Positions 47,506 through 56,323 of a stretch of 64,000 nt of DNA are shown here, one piece after another. Position 1 is the first letter of the stretch, and every line of letters begins with the position of its first letter. The notes beneath the pieces were generated by a model, which was not told where the DNA came from, searched no databases, and was given only the letters and a program-made list of their open reading frames with translations. Location: NCBI GenBank assembly GCA_013202205.1, contig JABMSB010000031.1:310-64309 (forward strand). Reading direction: 5' to 3'. Position numbers and translations under genes: made by a program. This DNA is from Candidatus Omnitrophota bacterium. Lineage in GTDB: Bacteria; Omnitrophota; Gorgyraeia; JABMSB01.

Positions 47506-48852
47506 ATGGTGTTATTTTCTGATCTAAGAATTTTAGCAATAGTATTTGGTGGGTGTCTGTTGGTATTGTCATTTTTTAGACCCTGGCGGGGGTTATTGAT
47601 TTTTAGTGCCGCACTTTTTTATGAGGCGGCGATTGATATGAAATTATTCGTTATAGAATCGTCACATTTGTATAGATCATGGGACGCCCTTGGGAGCTTT
47701 AAGCTTTTTGGCATGGCCATTGTTATTGGCTGGTTTTTGCAGGCCTTGATTAAGAAGAGAGTTAAGTTGCCGCCGCCCAGCCGAATCTGGTTGCTTATCG
47801 GCATTTTTATGATTATCGTGATTTCAGGGATGTTCTCTATATATAAAGCCAACACTTTAGTATATATTTATTCTTTTTTGGGCGTGGTCGGGATATATTT
47901 TATGATCTGTGATTTATGTTTTGAGCATAAACGAATCGAGCAACTATTGTTGGTTGTGGCGATAGCCGCTTTAATAAACGCACTCATTGCAATAGTTCAA
48001 TATATATTTAAGATAGATGTCCCATGGGATCTGGGCTACAAGTTCGGACAATATAGAGTGGTTGGCGGAATGTCTGATCCAAATTATTTTGGATATCAAA
48101 TTCTCACAGTCTTTCCTATCATCTTCTTTTTCTTTTATAGGACCAGGTCTAAACTGAAAAAAATCGTATTGTTTGCTATAGAGATGATTATGGTTACGTC
48201 AATTGTACTTACATTTTCAAGAGCAGCTTTTATTACATTGTGTGTAGTCTTATTCTTTTTAATGATAATCTTCATAAAACACAAGAAACTTTCTTACGTC
48301 ATAGTTATTATTTTGATGACCTCGCTATTGGGAGTAGTTATTTTTGCTAACCCCAAATATTCCGAAAGATTATCAACCCTGTTTGGGGTCGCGGAGATAG
48401 GCCAGTATGGTGAAACTTCGGAAAGAACTCTTAAAACTAGGGAAGATATTTTCTTCACCGGAACGAAAATGTTTCTCGATCATTTCTGGCTTGGCGTGGG
48501 GCCTAATAACTTTCCCATATACTTAGAATCATATGCACACAGAAGTCTATTAATATCAAGAGGAAGAGGAGCACACAATTCTTTTTTGGGCGTATCTGCC
48601 GAACTTGGCATATTCGGCCTGTGCTTATTTTTACTTTGGATTCTGTTTATATTAAAAGGATTGCGTTTTACACGCAAGAGAGTTCCAAATGATCCTTCTT
48701 CTGCGTTATTATCCGAAGTACTACAGATAAGCATTTTTGCCAATCTGTTTATGTTGACAACGTTAGGTACTTCTTTTAATGTGAAATTATTATGGATATG
48801 GTTTGGTTTAGCCGAAGCCATGAGACAGGTATCTATTTCCGGTAGGACATAA
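47506..48852 (+). CDS. O-antigen ligase/polymerase (Wzy_C) family protein
   Basis: RVVGGMSDPNYFG, TFSRAA, GVGPNNF, AHNSFL..AELG; multiple TMs. Confidence 0.87.
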   Translation: MVLFSDLRILAIVFGGCLLVLSFFRPWRGLLIFSAALFYEAAIDMKLFVIESSHLYRSWDALGSFKLFGMAIVIGWFLQALIKKRVKLPPPSRIWLLIGIFMIIVISGMFSIYKANTLVYIYSFLGVVGIYFMICDLCFEHKRIEQLLLVVAIAALINALIAIVQYIFKIDVPWDLGYKFGQYRVVGGMSDPNYFGYQILTVFPIIFFFFYRTRSKLKKIVLFAIEMIMVTSIVLTFSRAAFITLCVVLFFLMIIFIKHKKLSYVIVIILMTSLLGVVIFANPKYSERLSTLFGVAEIGQYGETSERTLKTREDIFFTGTKMFLDHFWLGVGPNNFPIYLESYAHRSLLISRGRGAHNSFLGVSAELGIFGLCLFLLWILFILKGLRFTRKRVPNDPSSALLSEVLQISIFANLFMLTTLGTSFNVKLLWIWFGLAEAMRQVSISGRT

Positions 48853-48861
48853 GACTATTAA

Positions 48862-48987
48862 GATGAGTTACGGAAAAAGATTGAGCAAGATGGGGAAAAG
48901 ATTGCAAGGGGTCGATGGAAATCCGGCTTGGTGACACAGAAGACAATAGATGTGCACAAGAAGGTTTTAATGGACGCAACAGAATAA
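48862..48987 (+). pseudogene. C-terminal relic of a GT4 glycosyltransferase
   Basis: DELRKKIEQDGEKIARGRWKSGLVTQKTIDVHKKVLMDATE* resembles the terminal helices of GT-B enzymes; no start codon. Confidence 0.55.
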
Positions 48988-49018
48988 GTAAGGACTACAA
49001 AATTGACAAGGAGAGATC

Positions 49019-50035
49019 ATGGATTGGAAGAGATGTAAGGTTCTTGTAACGGGAGGCCTTTCCTTTATAGGCTCGCATCTGGTTGACGCTCTGGTGAAAC
49101 GAGGCGCAACCGTTCGTGTAGTAGATGATGTAAGCAGTGGCAAGATTGATAACATCCAAGGACACCTCAAAGTGGGACGGGTCGAGTTCATTAAGGGAGA
49201 TCTCAAAGTGCAAGATATAGCACTCAAGGCAGTTGAGGGGATGGATATTGTTTTCCATCTCGCGGCTGACCACGGCGGACGTGGTTACGTCGATCTGCAC
49301 CAGGCGGCATGTTCAACAAACCTTCTTTTAGATGGCCTTCTCTTTCAAGCATGTTATAAGTCGGGGATAAAAAAAGTTATATACGCCTCATCAGGTTGCG
49401 TGTATCCCGACTATCTGCAGAAGGACCCGAAAGAAATATTGTATCTCAAGGAGGAGATGGCTGGACCGCCCTATGAAGCTGATAAGATGTACGGCTGGGC
49501 CAAGCTCATGGGGGAGATGACGCTTAAAGCGTATTATAAAGATTATGGTATGAAATCAGCATCCTGTCGTTATTTTACAGTTTATGGCGAACGAGGTGTA
49601 GAGAATCATGCCGTTATCGCTATGATCGCCCGCGCTTTTATTAAGCAGGATCCTTTCATTGTTTGGGGCAGCGGAGAGCAGATACGCAACTGGACATATA
49701 TTGACGATATCGTATGCGGTACTATCTTAGCAGCTGAGAATATTGACGATGGCACAGCGATTAATTTAGGTACTATGGAAAGAATCCGGGTTATCGATGC
49801 AGTCAATGAGGTATTGCATCGCACCGGACATAAAGCAGAGGTTAAATTGCGCCCGGAGATGCCAACCGGACCATATAATCGGGTGGCCGATAATACTCTG
49901 GCAAAGAAATTACTGAATTGGGAGCCACAGGTCAAATTTATGGATGGCCTATACCGTACCATCGATTGGTATTTCTCAACCAAGGATCGGAAGAAGGTTA
50001 AAAAGATCCTGTCGAAGATGCTTACAGAGCGGTAA
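49019..50035 (+). CDS. NAD-dependent epimerase/dehydratase (GDP-mannose 3,5-epimerase-like SDR)
   Basis: VTGGLSFIGSH, HLAADHGGRGY, SSGCVYP, YGWAK. Confidence 0.88.
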   Translation: MDWKRCKVLVTGGLSFIGSHLVDALVKRGATVRVVDDVSSGKIDNIQGHLKVGRVEFIKGDLKVQDIALKAVEGMDIVFHLAADHGGRGYVDLHQAACSTNLLLDGLLFQACYKSGIKKVIYASSGCVYPDYLQKDPKEILYLKEEMAGPPYEADKMYGWAKLMGEMTLKAYYKDYGMKSASCRYFTVYGERGVENHAVIAMIARAFIKQDPFIVWGSGEQIRNWTYIDDIVCGTILAAENIDDGTAINLGTMERIRVIDAVNEVLHRTGHKAEVKLRPEMPTGPYNRVADNTLAKKLLNWEPQVKFMDGLYRTIDWYFSTKDRKKVKKILSKMLTER

Positions 50036-50226
50036 TGAACAGAGGAGATAACAAGCCGTTGCTGAAAGTATCTGTACTGTTTTTAAAAAAGGAAATGACC
50101 TATTCGTCAATAGGGTCCAGTATATAATATAACATAGCACTATTTATCTTTGTTTCCAGCCAGCAAAGCAAAATTAGCTATGTTGATCTCAAGAATCAGG
50201 CAAAAACCATAAAAAAGGAGTTAAGG

Positions 50227-51354
50227 ATGGGGTTTATAAAAGACGCCTACACCATTTTTAGAATAGGCGCGCGCACCGTGTCGAATACCTATCTTAAATC
50301 TAGCAGGCCAAGCCATGTCTCTATAGCTGTAACCAACCGATGCAACTCGCGATGTATTTACTGCGAGACATATCTGTGTGATTTTTCGAAGGAGCTCACC
50401 ACCCAACAGATGATCTCTATTATTGACGAGATCAGTAGGGACGGAAGTTGTTATATAACGCTTACCGGCGGTGAGCCGTTTATGCGGCAGGATATTTTCG
50501 ACATCATAAAACACTGCTATAAGCGCAACCTCATTGTTAATATACCGACAAATGGCCTTAAAATACATAATTTTAACGCAGGCCAAATAAACACAATCGT
50601 AAAATGCGTAAGAAATATTCAACTTTCCATCGATTCGGCCGATACAAAGGAGAACGACTTTATACGAGGCGTAGATGGATCGTTGGATTTGGCAATCCAG
50701 GGGGTCAAGAGACTCAAAGATGGGGGGTTCGATAAAATCGGAATATTAACTGTTATAAGCAGATATAATTATAAAAAGCTAAAGGGCCTTTTGTATCTTA
50801 CAAGAGACCTTGGCCTTAAAAGGATACGATTTCAACCTGTGGGTATCAATTCTAACTATCCCAGCATAGCACCGCTCAAGGACAAAAGGGAAGTTTTAAT
50901 AAGAGGGAAGCAGATAGACGAGCTCAGGGACACCCTATCAGAGTATATAAGGCTAGAAAATAGATTAGGTTTAACTACTAACTTAAAATTTTTAAAGACA
51001 TGGATCGGTCCGTACTTCAAGTTTATCGAAAGCGAAAAGTTTTTTATGAAAGAGGTTAACAGATGCTTCAGATGCATTTATCCAGCTACGGCATTATTCA
51101 TAGACAGCAATGGGAGGCTGCAACCGTGCCAATTCTTGAACAACGTTGGAAGCGGTCTCAAAGAAGTTGTTTATAATTGGCGACATAATAAAAAATTAAA
51201 TGAGATAAGAAAGAGTCTAAAGAAGGGCAATTTTTTTCAGGAATGTCGAAGGTGCATGTGTACGTTTGAGTTCAGCTCTACCTATCAGCCATTTAGTAAA
51301 TCACAGCCGCCTTTGTTAATCTCAAAGGTCAGGCAAAAGATCAAGGATTCTTAA
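50227..51354 (+). CDS. Radical SAM protein with SPASM/twitch-like C-terminal domain
   Basis: CNSRCIYC, TGGEP, TNG, SIDS; C-terminal CIYP..IDSNGRLQPC..CRRCMC. Confidence 0.9.
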   Translation: MGFIKDAYTIFRIGARTVSNTYLKSSRPSHVSIAVTNRCNSRCIYCETYLCDFSKELTTQQMISIIDEISRDGSCYITLTGGEPFMRQDIFDIIKHCYKRNLIVNIPTNGLKIHNFNAGQINTIVKCVRNIQLSIDSADTKENDFIRGVDGSLDLAIQGVKRLKDGGFDKIGILTVISRYNYKKLKGLLYLTRDLGLKRIRFQPVGINSNYPSIAPLKDKREVLIRGKQIDELRDTLSEYIRLENRLGLTTNLKFLKTWIGPYFKFIESEKFFMKEVNRCFRCIYPATALFIDSNGRLQPCQFLNNVGSGLKEVVYNWRHNKKLNEIRKSLKKGNFFQECRRCMCTFEFSSTYQPFSKSQPPLLISKVRQKIKDS

Positions 51355-52259
51355 TGTCCCGAAGACAAAAACCATACATTATTACTAAATATAACAGGAT
51401 TGTTCCGGCGCCACCTCCCACATTGCAAGAACAGATTATCCTCAGAAGAAAGCTATTCCAGACAGAGAGACATGTTTCTATTCGGAAGATGGCAGAGGGA
51501 ACTTGTGAGCATCTCTCTCGGTATAAGTTTGCTCTTCAATACGCTAAAGGCAGATCTGTATTAGATGCCGGCTGTGGTTCTGGATATGGTGCACATTTTC
51601 TGAAGTTGGAAGGTGCCTCGATGGTGTATGGTATCGACATATCTGCTAGGGCTATAGGTTACGCAAGACAGAATTTTTTGGCCGAGGGCTTAGATTTTGA
51701 ATGTACCGACCTAACCAAGACGCTAAATCTGAAAGATAGATATTTTGATGTGATTATTTCTTTCGAGATCATAGAACACATAAAAGATACAGCTGCTTAC
51801 TTGTCAAATTTAGCGAGATTGCTGAAAGGGGATGGATATTGCATATTTTCAACCCCAAACCGGGATATTAACTCTCCCGGATGGTCTATTCCACACAACT
51901 CCTATCATGTGAAAGAATATAATGCCAGTGAGTTTCAAGATCTTCTAAATGGATATTTTTCAACGTCGGTTTTATTTGGCCAGTACCCCTCGAGGCGAAT
52001 AATAGATTTACGGAAGAGAAAACTCGGATTGCGCAAGATGGCATATGACGGTAAATTGGCTCATATTTATCAATCCATAGCACCTATTTTGCCTAACAGG
52101 TTGAGAAGAAACTTGGTTGATGTGGCAGGGGCTATATATTTGATGTTCAAGAAACCATCAAGTGCAGGACTTGGAGAGAAGCTTGATTTTTCCGATTTTC
52201 TTTTTATTGAGGACGATTTTAAAGATGCCGAACATCTGTTAGCCATTTGTAGAATATAA
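51354..52259 (+). CDS. Class I SAM-dependent methyltransferase
   Basis: EHLSRY, VLDAGCGSGYG, SFEIIEH, STPN, YHVKEY. Confidence 0.9.
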   Translation: MSRRQKPYIITKYNRIVPAPPPTLQEQIILRRKLFQTERHVSIRKMAEGTCEHLSRYKFALQYAKGRSVLDAGCGSGYGAHFLKLEGASMVYGIDISARAIGYARQNFLAEGLDFECTDLTKTLNLKDRYFDVIISFEIIEHIKDTAAYLSNLARLLKGDGYCIFSTPNRDINSPGWSIPHNSYHVKEYNASEFQDLLNGYFSTSVLFGQYPSRRIIDLRKRKLGLRKMAYDGKLAHIYQSIAPILPNRLRRNLVDVAGAIYLMFKKPSSAGLGEKLDFSDFLFIEDDFKDAEHLLAICRI

Positions 52260-52290
52260 AACAGTAAGAATAAAGCTCGATGTATAAAAA

Positions 52291-52365
52291 ATGAAACGAT
52301 ATTTGTCGGAAGGGATACAAAAGCTTACGTCGGACCCATCATTTGCAAGGAAGATAGAAGTTTAA
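52291..52365 (+). pseudogene. Short GT4-like relic
   Basis: YLSEGIQKLTSDPSFARK resembles the GT4 LAEAIxxLLxDPxLRxK helix. Confidence 0.4.
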
Positions 52366-52408
52366 AAAGGTTGGTGGAATAAGCGGAGCAGTTTATAGAG
52401 GATATTGC

Positions 52409-53455
52409 ATGAGCAGGATTGCCCTTGCCTTATGGATGCAAAAAATTTCTGAACATTTTTTGGGGAAATCGTACGCCATATGCGCTCGATTGCTTCCCCT
52501 CTCGAAAACTATCCACCGTTTCAATTCAAAGCCGACTGAGCTGCATCTGGAATTTACAAATACCTGTAATTGCAGTTGTATTTTTTGTGGCTATCAATAT
52601 CAGAAGCGCAAAAAAATAATTATGTCCGAAGAAATATTAATAAAAGCAATCTCTGATTTTAGTAATATAGGTGGTGGAGATGTTATAGTTACCCCTATAG
52701 TAGGAGAAGCGTTGGTTGATCCTGATTTTATTAAAAAGATCAAGATGATTAGGGCTTATGCGAGTATCAAGAAGATTTTACTTACCACAAACGCTACGCT
52801 TATTCACCACTATGGCATAGATGACATATTAACAACAGGTTTGACAGATATTTACATAAGTACGGCGGGGTTTGATAAAGAAACATACACGAAACTTTAT
52901 CGCGCGCCCTACTATGACTTAATGCGGGACAATACTATTGCCCTTCTTTCCCGAAACGAAGAACTTGGAAAGCCAGTAAATATAACTATACTTATCCGAG
53001 CAGGCAGGTCTCTTTCCGAGGTTTTAGGCACCGTAGACGCACAGCGCGTTCTGAGATTTAAGCCAAAGATAGATTTTGCGTATTATTTTCACGATTTCGG
53101 AGGTAGGATAAAAAAGGAGGATCTCTGGCCAGGGGCAAAGATAAGAGATCCGGGCAAAAAGAAAGAACCTTGTTTTAGCTTGTACAATGGCCCAGTTGTT
53201 CTGCCGGATGGCGAGGTTTGGATGTGTGACTGCGCCGCCGCTATGGATTCTGGTACCAATCTTTTTATAGGCGATATTAAAAAAGAGACCCTTATGAACA
53301 TATGGCAAGGCAAGCTACGCAGAAACCTTATCGCACAATTCTATAAGCAAGGAAAGCTAAATCCAACTTGTTTTAAGTGTACTGCATACCAAAATCTTGA
53401 TCGCTATCGCCATTTTAATCCGTATTTAAAATCTGGCTGGAACTTTTTTAAATGA
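52409..53455 (+). CDS. Radical SAM protein with SPASM/twitch-like domain
   Basis: CNCSCIFC, GEAL, TTNAT; C-terminal PCFSLY..VLPDGEVWMCDC..IGDIKKETLMNIW..CFKC. Confidence 0.9.
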   Translation: MSRIALALWMQKISEHFLGKSYAICARLLPLSKTIHRFNSKPTELHLEFTNTCNCSCIFCGYQYQKRKKIIMSEEILIKAISDFSNIGGGDVIVTPIVGEALVDPDFIKKIKMIRAYASIKKILLTTNATLIHHYGIDDILTTGLTDIYISTAGFDKETYTKLYRAPYYDLMRDNTIALLSRNEELGKPVNITILIRAGRSLSEVLGTVDAQRVLRFKPKIDFAYYFHDFGGRIKKEDLWPGAKIRDPGKKKEPCFSLYNGPVVLPDGEVWMCDCAAAMDSGTNLFIGDIKKETLMNIWQGKLRRNLIAQFYKQGKLNPTCFKCTAYQNLDRYRHFNPYLKSGWNFFK

Positions 53456-55128
53456 AAATTTTATTATTAGGCAACACAACAGGCTATCTCGATGAAGGGA
53501 TGAAAAACATCACCCACAATCTCAGAAGGGTGTTGGCAAAATTTCATGAAGTTAAGGTTATCCATCCTAGGCAAGCCATCAACCTGGAGACGTTAAGAAG
53601 CATACATCTGTTTAATCCCGATATAATCCATTATATGCAAGGCCCGACCATAAGAAGCTTTCTTTTAGTTAAATTGCTTTCCGTGCTTAATCCTGATGCT
53701 GCGACGGTAATCTCTGCTCCTCGTCCTAGCATTTCAAAAATCCATCACTGGTTTTTGTCCGCACTTAAAGTCGACCTGATTCTATTGCAATCTAAAAGAT
53801 ATAAAGATGTCTTTAAAAAATTAGCACTATATGTCGAATTTTTTTATCCAGGGATAGATGCAGAGAAGTTCAGGCCCGTGCCCTCTTCAACAAAAAACTC
53901 TTTACGTCTAAAATATAACTTACCAAAAGATAAATACATCGTCTTACATGTTGGCCAAGTCACATCTGTCAGAAATGTTAATACCCTTGGACAGATCCAG
54001 AAAAAACGACATAAAGATGTGCAGGTACTTATTGTGGCAGCATCAACCATCAAGCCGGATCAGCGTATTGTAAGGCGGCTTAAGAATTGTGGCTGCATTA
54101 TACGGGAAGGATATCACGAGGAACTTCAGGAGATATTCCAACTTGCCGATTGTTATATATTTCCAGGGATTAAAAGAACCCCTGCCATAGAAGTTCCTTT
54201 GACTATTCTGGAGGCCGCAGCATGTAATCTGCCAATCATATGCGGTTATTTCGGTGGCCTCCCAGACATATTCAAAGAGGAAGATGGATTTTTCTTTGTC
54301 AAAAGCGAGGTTGAAATCAGACAAAAGCTGGATCTCCTGATGGAAAATGGAAGTATTGATATAAAGAACAGAGAAAAGATAAACAAGTTTACGTGGTTCA
54401 AGGTATCCGCGCGACTTATGAAGTTATATGAGGAGTGTTTGAAAATACATCGGCTACGCAGACAGAAGAGATTGCCCAGGTTGATATGTTTTATAGGGGT
54501 AGACGGTTCGGGCAAGACGGCCATAGCAAAACAATTAACACATTCTCCTATAGCAGGTGTAAGATATAATTATGTGTGGGGTAGCGCACAACCGATTTTT
54601 ATGAGGCCATTGAGAAAATTAGTGCATACAATTATACTAAACAAAGTAGATATGTTTAAGGATTATCAGGAATATGATAAGACTAAGAAAAGGGTCGCTA
54701 AGAGATTTTTGATATTTTCCAAATTTTACAGTTTCATCTTCGTGATAGATTATTTTTTATGGATGCTATTTTGCGTGAGGATTCCGCTTGCGTTAGGTAA
54801 AAACATAATTTGCGATAGATACATCTTCGATATGGCCATTAATATCCATTTTTTATATGCGAACTTATTTTATAATGTTGACGATGCGATAAAGTTCTTT
54901 CTAAAGATATTTCCCACTCCTGAGATGGTTTATCTAATAGACCTTCCTGAAGAAATAGCATTTTCACGCAAAGATGATATACCTTCTATCGAATATTTAA
55001 GGCAACGCAGGATAGTATACAGGGAGGTCGCAAAAAGGTATGGGGCGAAGATTATCGAAGGGACAAAACCATTACGCGTTCTTGCGGATATCGTACGTAA
55101 CGATATCATAAAAACATATATGCGGTGA
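53452..55128 (+). CDS. GT4 glycosyltransferase fused to a thymidylate-kinase-like P-loop domain
   Basis: GIDAEKFRP, HVGQ, EVPLTILEAAACN; then LICFIGVDGSGKT, ICDRYIFD, IDLPEEIAFSRK. Confidence 0.85.
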   Translation: MKILLLGNTTGYLDEGMKNITHNLRRVLAKFHEVKVIHPRQAINLETLRSIHLFNPDIIHYMQGPTIRSFLLVKLLSVLNPDAATVISAPRPSISKIHHWFLSALKVDLILLQSKRYKDVFKKLALYVEFFYPGIDAEKFRPVPSSTKNSLRLKYNLPKDKYIVLHVGQVTSVRNVNTLGQIQKKRHKDVQVLIVAASTIKPDQRIVRRLKNCGCIIREGYHEELQEIFQLADCYIFPGIKRTPAIEVPLTILEAAACNLPIICGYFGGLPDIFKEEDGFFFVKSEVEIRQKLDLLMENGSIDIKNREKINKFTWFKVSARLMKLYEECLKIHRLRRQKRLPRLICFIGVDGSGKTAIAKQLTHSPIAGVRYNYVWGSAQPIFMRPLRKLVHTIILNKVDMFKDYQEYDKTKKRVAKRFLIFSKFYSFIFVIDYFLWMLFCVRIPLALGKNIICDRYIFDMAINIHFLYANLFYNVDDAIKFFLKIFPTPEMVYLIDLPEEIAFSRKDDIPSIEYLRQRRIVYREVAKRYGAKIIEGTKPLRVLADIVRNDIIKTYMR

Positions 55129-55132
55129 TTTA

Positions 55133-56287
55133 ATGGAAAACCATTCGGCCAAAAGAACCTTTCTTAATAGCTACAACCAGCGCAGGCTGAAGATAGGTCT
55201 TTTGTGCGATAAAATAGTGAGATTCTTTTTTCACCCTCCGACGCCAAAGAAACCTCCCAAAGTTTTCTCTAAGATATTAGTTATTCAATCTCACCTTATC
55301 GGCGATCTTGTTATGACCACGCCCATACTGCAGACCCTTAGAAAAGCTTATCCCGACGCACGCATATATCTTTTGGCAAACAAATTCGCTTCAGATTTAT
55401 TAAAAGGAGCCTATTTTGTCGATAAGATCTATACCATTAGATTTCCCTGGTCCACTTATGATTATAGCTGGGGAAACCTGAGAAGCATTTACTCAGTCGT
55501 CAGGTCTTTGCGGAAAGAAAATATAGATCTTGCGATAGACGCCAAAATAGATGCGAGAAATGCATTTTTGATGTTTCTGATTGGTGCAAAAAGGCGTCTC
55601 GGCTACGATATAACAGGTGGAGGATCTTTTTTGACCGACACGCCTGATTTCCCCGCAAATTCGGAAAATATGACCGAAATTAGACTGTCTCTACTAAAAC
55701 ATCTAGGCATAGAGATTAGCGACAAGGCACCAGTTATACCCCTAAGCAAAGAAGATATGACTGTTGCAGAGAACTTTTTGGAAAGTAGACATTTGAATCG
55801 TAATAACCTTGTGGGGATTCATCCTGGAGCAAGCTATAAGGCAAGGATATGGCTTCCTGAAAATTTGGCTGTTGTTATAAGAGGGCTTAAAAAAGAGGGA
55901 GTAGACGTCATTTTGATAAAAGGCCCCAAAGACGAGAGAATAGTCACACAGATACAGGGGATGCTGAAGGAGCCCATAGAGATTTTTGAGGGCACACTTA
56001 AAGGTGTTACCGCCTTACTTTGTTACTGTCGGTTGCTCATATGTATGGATAGCGCGATTCTGCAATTGTCCGCCGCCACAAAAACGCCGACACTGGCAAT
56101 ATATGGATCCACATCACCGCTGAGGACTAAACCACTTACTTCAAACATAGTGATTAGCTATCATAAAGAGTTTGACTGTCAGCCATGCGACTATAACAAA
56201 CCTTTTTGTACAGATAAAAAATGTATGTCAGCAATAACGCCAGAGGAAGTGCTGCGAAAAGCACGGCAAATGCTTAGAAGCAACTAG
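55133..56287 (+). CDS. Glycosyltransferase family 9 (heptosyltransferase-like)
   Basis: LIGDLVMTTP, IHPGAS...W, DSA, AIYGST, CQPC...CM. Confidence 0.9.
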   Translation: MENHSAKRTFLNSYNQRRLKIGLLCDKIVRFFFHPPTPKKPPKVFSKILVIQSHLIGDLVMTTPILQTLRKAYPDARIYLLANKFASDLLKGAYFVDKIYTIRFPWSTYDYSWGNLRSIYSVVRSLRKENIDLAIDAKIDARNAFLMFLIGAKRRLGYDITGGGSFLTDTPDFPANSENMTEIRLSLLKHLGIEISDKAPVIPLSKEDMTVAENFLESRHLNRNNLVGIHPGASYKARIWLPENLAVVIRGLKKEGVDVILIKGPKDERIVTQIQGMLKEPIEIFEGTLKGVTALLCYCRLLICMDSAILQLSAATKTPTLAIYGSTSPLRTKPLTSNIVISYHKEFDCQPCDYNKPFCTDKKCMSAITPEEVLRKARQMLRSN

Positions 56288-56323
56288 GTAAGAATTATTA
56301 ATACAAACTCAGCTTGAGGGAAG

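Noticed and set aside
50227-53455. RiPP cluster suggested by the SPASM-type radical SAM enzymes
   Set aside because: No precursor peptide, RRE/PqqD domain or peptidase-transporter; the context is entirely glycan biosynthesis.
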